A DNA stretch of 64,000 nt, taken from Candidatus Limnocylindrales bacterium. Lineage in GTDB: Bacteria; Chloroflexota; Limnocylindria; Limnocylindrales; CSP1-4. Position numbers and translations under genes: made by a program. How positions within the stretch are numbered: position 1 is the first letter of the stretch; every line of letters begins with the position of its first letter. Location of the stretch: positions 625-64,624 of the forward strand of contig DASUKL010000066.1 in NCBI GenBank assembly GCA_036278755.1, read 5' to 3'. Of the stretch, positions 58,605 to 64,000 are shown one piece after another. Under the pieces are notes generated by a model. The model was not told the DNA's origin. It did not search any database and saw nothing but the letters and a program-made list of their open reading frames with translations.

Positions 58605-61052
58605 ATGGCGCCGCTCCCTCATCGCCGACCCAGCGAGGTCCTCTGCCGCGTGAGCCCTGCCCCGAAGCCTGCGCCGACCGCCGCCCCGAGGCCCGCAGCC
58701 GGGCCCGGAGCCGCCGCCGTCGACCGCCTCTATGCCGAGGCCGAGCCTCAGTTCCCGGCCTGGGAGGTCGCCAAGGACCTCGTCGACGAGCTCATCGACC
58801 AGACGCTCGACCATCGCCAGAGCGGCCACCCCGGCGGCTCCCGCTCCAAGGTCCACCTCCTCCTGGCGACGCTTCTCTCGGGCGCCATGCGCTGGGACCT
58901 CCGCCAGCCCTGGCGGCCGTTCCAGGATCGCTTCGTCCTCTCGGCCGGGCATACCGTGCCCCTCGTCTACGCCACCCTGGCCCTCCTCAACGAGGTCCTC
59001 AGGGCACGCCACGAGCGGGATGGCGATCCGCGCTTCGCCCTCCCCGATGACGGCCGCTGGGCCCTCACCTGGGAGCATCTCCTGACCCTCCGCCACCGGG
59101 GCGGGCTACCGGGCCATGCCGAGATGGCCGGGCGGACCCTCTTCCTGAAGTTCAACACCGGCCCCTCTGGCCACGGCCTGCCCCCGGCGGCGGGCGAGGC
59201 GTTGGCCCTCAAGCTGGCCGGGGCCGAGGCGGTCAAGGTCTTCGTCGTCGAAGGCGAGGGCGGCCTGACGCCCGGCGCGGCGCACGAGACCAAGAACAGC
59301 GCCTGGGGGCTGGGCCTCGGCAACCTCGTCTTCCTCATCGACTGGAACGACTTCGGGATCGACGAGCGGGCCGCCTCGAGCGTCGTCCACGGCGGCCCGG
59401 AGGAGTGGTTCGCGCCGTACGGCTGGCGGGTCGTGGGCACCCAGGAAGGCATGAGCTGGGGACCCGTGACACATGCCGTCCTCGAGGCCGCCCGAGGCGA
59501 CAACCCCGACGGCGGGCCGAGCATGGCCTGGTTCCGGACCCAGAAGGGCCGTGGCTACGGCAAGGTCGACGCCAGCAGCCACGGCACACCATGGCCCCGC
59601 CATGCGCCCGAGTTCTGGGCCGTCCGCAAGGCCTTCATGGAGCGCTACGGGGTCGAGTATGCGGGCGTGGACGAGCCGGCGCCCGAGGACCCGGCCGCCC
59701 GGACCGCCCAGGCCGAGCACAACTTCGGCGTCGCCCTGAGCGTCCTGCGGCGGGATCCCGCCCTGGTCGACGCCCTGGCCGAACGGCTGGTCGCGGCGGC
59801 GGCGTCCGTGCCCGACGAGGTGGCCGGCTTCGCGCTCGGTGGTCGGTCGGTCGGGATCTTCGAGGACCGGCGCATCTTCGACGTGGCCGCCTACCCGCCC
59901 GAGATCTGGAAGCAGCCCGGCGAGAAGGCCGCCAACCGGGCCGCCCTGGCCGCTTGGGGGGCCTACGTCAACAGCTTGGCGAAGGAGGCCTACGGGCGGC
60001 CGCTGGTCATCGCCTGCTCGGCGGACCTGGCCGAATCGACCAACATCGCCGGCTTCGCCAAGGGCTTCGCCGGCCGCGAGGGCTGGGGCTGGTACGACCG
60101 GATCAGCAACCCGCGAGGCGCCCTCCTGCCGACCGAGATCACCGAGTTCACCAATGCCGGGATGATGGCCGGCCTAGCCTCGGTCAACCTGGCCCCCGAC
60201 CCTCGCGACACCTTCGACGGCTTCTGGGGTGCCTGCTCCACCTACGGCTCGTTCAGCTACCTGAAATACGGCGCCATGCGCCTCTTCAGCCAGCTGGCCC
60301 AGGACACCGAGCTCAAGGTCGGCAAGGTCATCTGGGTCGCCGGCCACTCCGGCCCCGAGACGGCCGAGGACTCGCGGACCCACTTCGGCATCTACGAGCC
60401 GGGCATGACCCAGCTCTTCCCGGCCGGTCATGTCATCGACCTCCACCCGTGGGAGTACAACGAGGTGCCGGTGCTGCTCGCCGCGGCCCTCTCGCTCGAC
60501 GTGCCGATCGTGGCCCTCCACCTCGTCCGGCCGGCGGTGGAGGTGCCGGACCGGGCCGCCCTGGGCATGGATCCCTACCTCGAAGCGTCCCGCGGGGCTT
60601 ACGTCCTGCGGCCGTACCGCGACGGTGTGCCACGCGCTGGGCTGGTCGTGGTCCGGGGCAGCCAGACCACGGCCAACCTGGTCTCGATCCTGCCTCAACT
60701 CGACGCCCGCGGCCTCAACGTCAAGGTCGTGGCCTCGGTCAGCCCGCAGCTCTTCGAGCGCCAGGATGCGGCCTGGCAGGAGCGCGTGGCCAGCGAGGCC
60801 GAGCGCTGGGACGCTATGTGCATCAGTAACGGCTCGCTGCGCTTCATGGCCGAGTGGCTGACCCATCCTCTCGTGGCGGCGTACTCACTCTCGCCCGACT
60901 GGGACGGCCGCTGGCGGACGGGTGGCTCGGTCGAGGAGGTCTACGACGAGGCCCACCTCTCGCCGGCCCATCTCCTGGCCGGCATCGAGCGCTTCGTGGC
61001 CGAGCGATCGGCTCGCCTGGAGCGGCTCAAGGGCATCGTCGACCGCCTCTGA
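58605..61052 (+). CDS. transketolase-family TPP-dependent enzyme (long, 815 aa)
   Basis: SGHPGGS...DRFVLSAGH and GEGGLTPGAAHE (TPP/Mg site) motifs, plus pyrimidine-binding and C-terminal domains. Confidence 0.7.
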   Translation: MAPLPHRRPSEVLCRVSPAPKPAPTAAPRPAAGPGAAAVDRLYAEAEPQFPAWEVAKDLVDELIDQTLDHRQSGHPGGSRSKVHLLLATLLSGAMRWDLRQPWRPFQDRFVLSAGHTVPLVYATLALLNEVLRARHERDGDPRFALPDDGRWALTWEHLLTLRHRGGLPGHAEMAGRTLFLKFNTGPSGHGLPPAAGEALALKLAGAEAVKVFVVEGEGGLTPGAAHETKNSAWGLGLGNLVFLIDWNDFGIDERAASSVVHGGPEEWFAPYGWRVVGTQEGMSWGPVTHAVLEAARGDNPDGGPSMAWFRTQKGRGYGKVDASSHGTPWPRHAPEFWAVRKAFMERYGVEYAGVDEPAPEDPAARTAQAEHNFGVALSVLRRDPALVDALAERLVAAAASVPDEVAGFALGGRSVGIFEDRRIFDVAAYPPEIWKQPGEKAANRAALAAWGAYVNSLAKEAYGRPLVIACSADLAESTNIAGFAKGFAGREGWGWYDRISNPRGALLPTEITEFTNAGMMAGLASVNLAPDPRDTFDGFWGACSTYGSFSYLKYGAMRLFSQLAQDTELKVGKVIWVAGHSGPETAEDSRTHFGIYEPGMTQLFPAGHVIDLHPWEYNEVPVLLAAALSLDVPIVALHLVRPAVEVPDRAALGMDPYLEASRGAYVLRPYRDGVPRAGLVVVRGSQTTANLVSILPQLDARGLNVKVVASVSPQLFERQDAAWQERVASEAERWDAMCISNGSLRFMAEWLTHPLVAAYSLSPDWDGRWRTGGSVEEVYDEAHLSPAHLLAGIERFVAERSARLERLKGIVDRL

Positions 61053-61108
61053 GTCTCGGGGGCGCCGAGGCTCGGGCTTGGCGCGCCCGCGCTCCGGTCC
61101 CGGGGCGC

Positions 61109-61948
61109 CTACTTCAGGCCGGTGTGGAGGAAGCTCTCTACGAACTGGCGCTGGAAGAGCAGGAAGAGGACGAGCAACGGGCCCACGACGATGATCGTGC
61201 CCGCCGTGACCAGCGGCCACTGGGCGCCGATCTCGCCCAGCTGGGTGAAGACCGCCAAACCTACCGTCAGGGGCCGGCTGGCCTGGCTGTTGGTCACCAC
61301 CAGGGGCCACAGGAAGTCGTTCCAGTGGAAGCTGATCGAGGACAGGGCGAAGGCGATCATGGCCGGTCGGGCGGGCGGCAGGTAGACGTGCCAGAGGGTC
61401 TGCCACCAGCTGGCCCCATCGACTCGGGCGGCGTCGTCGAGGTCTTGTGGCACGGTCTTGAACGTCTGGCGCATGAGGAACGCGCCGAAGGCCGAGCCGA
61501 AGAAGGGCAGCATGACCGCGACCAGGGTGTCGAAGAGGTGGAGGGAGCGGATGGTCGCGTAGTTGGGGACGATGAGGGCGCTGGAGGGGACGAGCAGCTG
61601 CAGCAGGATGAGGAAGAAGAGCAGATTCTGGCCGCGGAACCGGAAGCGGGCGAAGGCGTAGCCGGCGAGGCTGATGGTGATGAGCTGCACGACCAGGATG
61701 CCGCCCACGATGATGATGGTGTTGATGTAGTACTGGGCGAAGGGGGCGATGTCGAAGGCCTGGCCGTAGTTGGCCAGAGTGGGCTGGCTGCCGAACCACA
61801 GGTTGGAGGCGCTGAGCGGCTCGTCGGGCGGATGGAACGACACGGCCAGGGTCCAGATCAGGGGCAGGGCCCAGGCCAGGGCCACGATGGCCAGGCCCAG
61901 AAGGCGGACGGCCTCGGCCAGTCGAGCCCGCGGGCTGCGCCTACTCAT
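61109..61948 (-). CDS. carbohydrate ABC transporter permease (MalG-like)
   Basis: EAA-loop-containing BPD_transp_1 protein. Confidence 0.85.
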   Translation of the reverse strand: MSRRSPRARLAEAVRLLGLAIVALAWALPLIWTLAVSFHPPDEPLSASNLWFGSQPTLANYGQAFDIAPFAQYYINTIIIVGGILVVQLITISLAGYAFARFRFRGQNLLFFLILLQLLVPSSALIVPNYATIRSLHLFDTLVAVMLPFFGSAFGAFLMRQTFKTVPQDLDDAARVDGASWWQTLWHVYLPPARPAMIAFALSSISFHWNDFLWPLVVTNSQASRPLTVGLAVFTQLGEIGAQWPLVTAGTIIVVGPLLVLFLLFQRQFVESFLHTGLK

Positions 61949-62840
61949 AGGTGGTCCGCCGCTCCATGTAGATGAAGTTGCCCACCGTGAAGAGGAGCAG
62001 GACGGCGATGAGGATGACGCTGATGGCGCTGGCCTTGCCCAGGTCGAAGAAGCTGAAGAGCGTCTGCCACAGGTCGAAGAGGAGCATCCCCGTCGAGTTG
62101 TTCGGCCCGCCGCCGGTCATGATGTACAGCTGATCGACCGTCTCGAAGGCGTTGACCACGGCGATGGTGGTCACGAACAGCGTCGTCCCCCGAAGCAGCG
62201 GCAGGGTCAGGTAGCGCAAGGTCTGGAAGCGGGTGGCGCCGTCCAGATCGGCCGCCTCGAAGACGTCTCGGGAGAGCCCCTGGAGGCCGGCCAGGAAGAA
62301 GATCATGAAGTAGCCGGTCTGCTTCCAGATACCCAGGATCATGAGCGCCCCGAGGGCCAGGCCGGGGGTCCCCAGGAAGTTCTGGCTGGGGATGTGCACG
62401 ATGCCCAGGATCACGTTGAGCAGGCCGTAATCCGGCGTGTACATGAAGAGCCACACCGTGGCCGCGCTGACCATGGGCAGGATGGCGGGATAGAAGAAGG
62501 CCAGGCGGAGGAGGCCCAGGCCCCGGAAGCGACGGTTGAGGGCGAGGGCCAGAAGGAGGGCCAGGACCACGCTGGCCGGGACCGTCACCGCCACGTAGAT
62601 GATGGTGTTGATCAGGACCTGGCGGAAGGCCGGGTCGGCGGCCAGGGCGGCGTAGTTGCCGAGGCCGGTGAAGACCGGCACGGGGGTCGAGCTGTCGGAC
62701 CGGAAGAGGCTGTCGTGGACGACCAGGACGGTCGGCCAGAGGGTGAAGAGGGCGACGAAGAAGAGCGTCGGGAGGAGGAGCAGGTAGGGCAGCCAGGCCG
62801 CCGCGCGGGACCGCCGGGGCCGGACCTGGATAGGGGCCAT
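61941..62840 (-). CDS. carbohydrate ABC transporter permease (MalF-like)
   Basis: BPD_transp_1 protein; 8-nt overlap with the downstream permease. Confidence 0.85.
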   Translation of the reverse strand: MAPIQVRPRRSRAAAWLPYLLLLPTLFFVALFTLWPTVLVVHDSLFRSDSSTPVPVFTGLGNYAALAADPAFRQVLINTIIYVAVTVPASVVLALLLALALNRRFRGLGLLRLAFFYPAILPMVSAATVWLFMYTPDYGLLNVILGIVHIPSQNFLGTPGLALGALMILGIWKQTGYFMIFFLAGLQGLSRDVFEAADLDGATRFQTLRYLTLPLLRGTTLFVTTIAVVNAFETVDQLYIMTGGGPNNSTGMLLFDLWQTLFSFFDLGKASAISVILIAVLLLFTVGNFIYMERRTTYE

Positions 62841-62892
62841 CTCCCCGGCCGACGGCAGCCCGCCGGCCGGGGAGATGCGGGCGGTCAGAGCC

Positions 62893-64000
62893 CTAGTCCT
62901 TGAACGCGGAGAGGATCTGCTCGGCTTGTTGCTGGGCCGCGGCGAGCGCCGACGAAGCGTCGCTCTTGCCCGTCAGGACGGCCTGCACGGCGTCGCCCAG
63001 GGCCTTCTGGATCTGGGCGTTGTCGTGCGCCGCCAGCTCCGCGCCGGCGTACTGGAGGCCTTCCGGGGCGACGCCGGCCTGCGGCGTCTGGGCCAGGTAG
63101 TCCTTCATGGCGCTGGTCTGGTAGGAGGCCGGGCGGGCGGCGATGTAGCCCGTGTTCTTGCTCCAGTCGGCCTGGATGTCGGTGGAGGACATGAACTGGA
63201 TGAACTTCCAGGCCGCGGCGACGTGGTCGCTGGGGATGCCCTTCAGCATGTACAGGTTGCCGCCGCCGGTGGGGGCCCCGAAGCCGTTCTCACCGACCGT
63301 GTAGCTCACCCCGACGGGGAACTTGGCCTGCTGGAGGATGCTGGCCAGCGAGCCGCTCGAGTGCCAGATCATGGCCGCCTTGCCGTTGACGAAGTCGTTG
63401 GGCATGTTGGCCCAGGCCAGGATGCCGGTAGGCATGACCTTGTCCTTGCCGCTCAGGTCGGCGAAGTCCTGGAGCGCGGAGATGACCTTGGGATCGTCGA
63501 AGTCGACCTTGTTGGGGGCGCTGCCCACGACGTTCGTGCCGTTGCCAATGACGAACGACTGGAAGAGCCAGTAGGGGATGCCGTCGGAGGAGATCTCGAG
63601 GCCCCACTGGCTGCCGTCAGCCTTCGTCAGCTTCTGGGCGTCGGCCACCATCTCGGCGTAGTTCGCCGGGCCCTTGGAGGGATCCAGCCCGGCCGCCGTG
63701 AAGAGGTCCTTGTTGTAGTAGAGGACGGGCGTGGAGCGCTGGAAGGGCAGGCTCCAGACGTGATCCTGGTACTTGGAGTTGGCCAGGAAAGCGGGATAGA
63801 AGTCGCCCAGGAAGCTGTCGCCGCCGGCTGCCGCGATCTGGCTGTCGAGGGGCTGGACGGCGTCCGAGTCGACGAGGGAGTAGAGGTCGGTCGAGAGCAT
63901 GACCGCCACGTCCGGCGGGGTGCCGCCGCCCTTGATGGTCGTCTCGATCTTGGTCAGGGTGTCGGGATAACCGCCCGACAGGACGGCGTTGACCTTGATG
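62893..64000 (-). CDS. extracellular solute-binding protein (family 1), N-terminus beyond the window
   Basis: The open frame continues without a stop to the window end. Confidence 0.8.
   Translation of the reverse strand, partial: IKVNAVLSGGYPDTLTKIETTIKGGGTPPDVAVMLSTDLYSLVDSDAVQPLDSQIAAAGGDSFLGDFYPAFLANSKYQDHVWSLPFQRSTPVLYYNKDLFTAAGLDPSKGPANYAEMVADAQKLTKADGSQWGLEISSDGIPYWLFQSFVIGNGTNVVGSAPNKVDFDDPKVISALQDFADLSGKDKVMPTGILAWANMPNDFVNGKAAMIWHSSGSLASILQQAKFPVGVSYTVGENGFGAPTGGGNLYMLKGIPSDHVAAAWKFIQFMSSTDIQADWSKNTGYIAARPASYQTSAMKDYLAQTPQAGVAPEGLQYAGAELAAHDNAQIQKALGDAVQAVLTGKSDASSALAAAQQQAEQILSAFKD

Overview
This is a high-GC (~70%) chromosomal segment with about 65 genes; F420-type LLM oxidoreductases and a PASTA Ser/Thr kinase point to an actinobacterial or Chloroflexi-like organism. 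Most of it is core or catabolic. Gene blocks: (1) a GntR-linked catabolic block (desuccinylase/aspartoacylase-like, SDR, TPP-dependent enzyme, amidohydrolase, NicX/M29-like, Gfo/Idh/MocA) whose two divergent promoters share a 19-bp motif; (2) a frameshifted TIR-like (COG4271/PF10137-type) gene sitting alone among metabolic genes; (3) fumarylacetoacetate hydrolase (FAH), aroE, LLM, enoyl-CoA hydratase, CoA-transferase, SDR, DapA-like, plus a LacI regulator with an NMT1-type ABC importer; (4) alr, a RibD-C reductase, an SRPBCC-hydrolase and ArsR; (5) a surface protein with three choice-of-anchor-D repeats; (6) an ogt-ECF sigma-L25 block; (7) an OmpR-type two-component system followed by HtrA (an MprAB/PepD-like envelope-stress module); (8) folB-folP-folC; (9) pknB and galU; (10) an aa3-type cytochrome oxidase cluster (ctaA, ctaG, ctaC, ctaD, ctaE) in which CtaC carries a C-terminal cupredoxin and a split/duplicated CtaF-like protein is fused to a second cupredoxin, followed by TlpA and an ABC-2 exporter; (11) tRNA-fMet and tRNA-Lys, each flanked by short tandem repeats; (12) transketolase-like and sugar ABC genes. 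The genome segment is rich in small tandem repeats. Many adjacent genes overlap by ATGA, suggesting translational coupling. No transposase, integrase or CRISPR array was seen. Several long antisense ORFs in the track are mirror-frame artefacts of high GC3.
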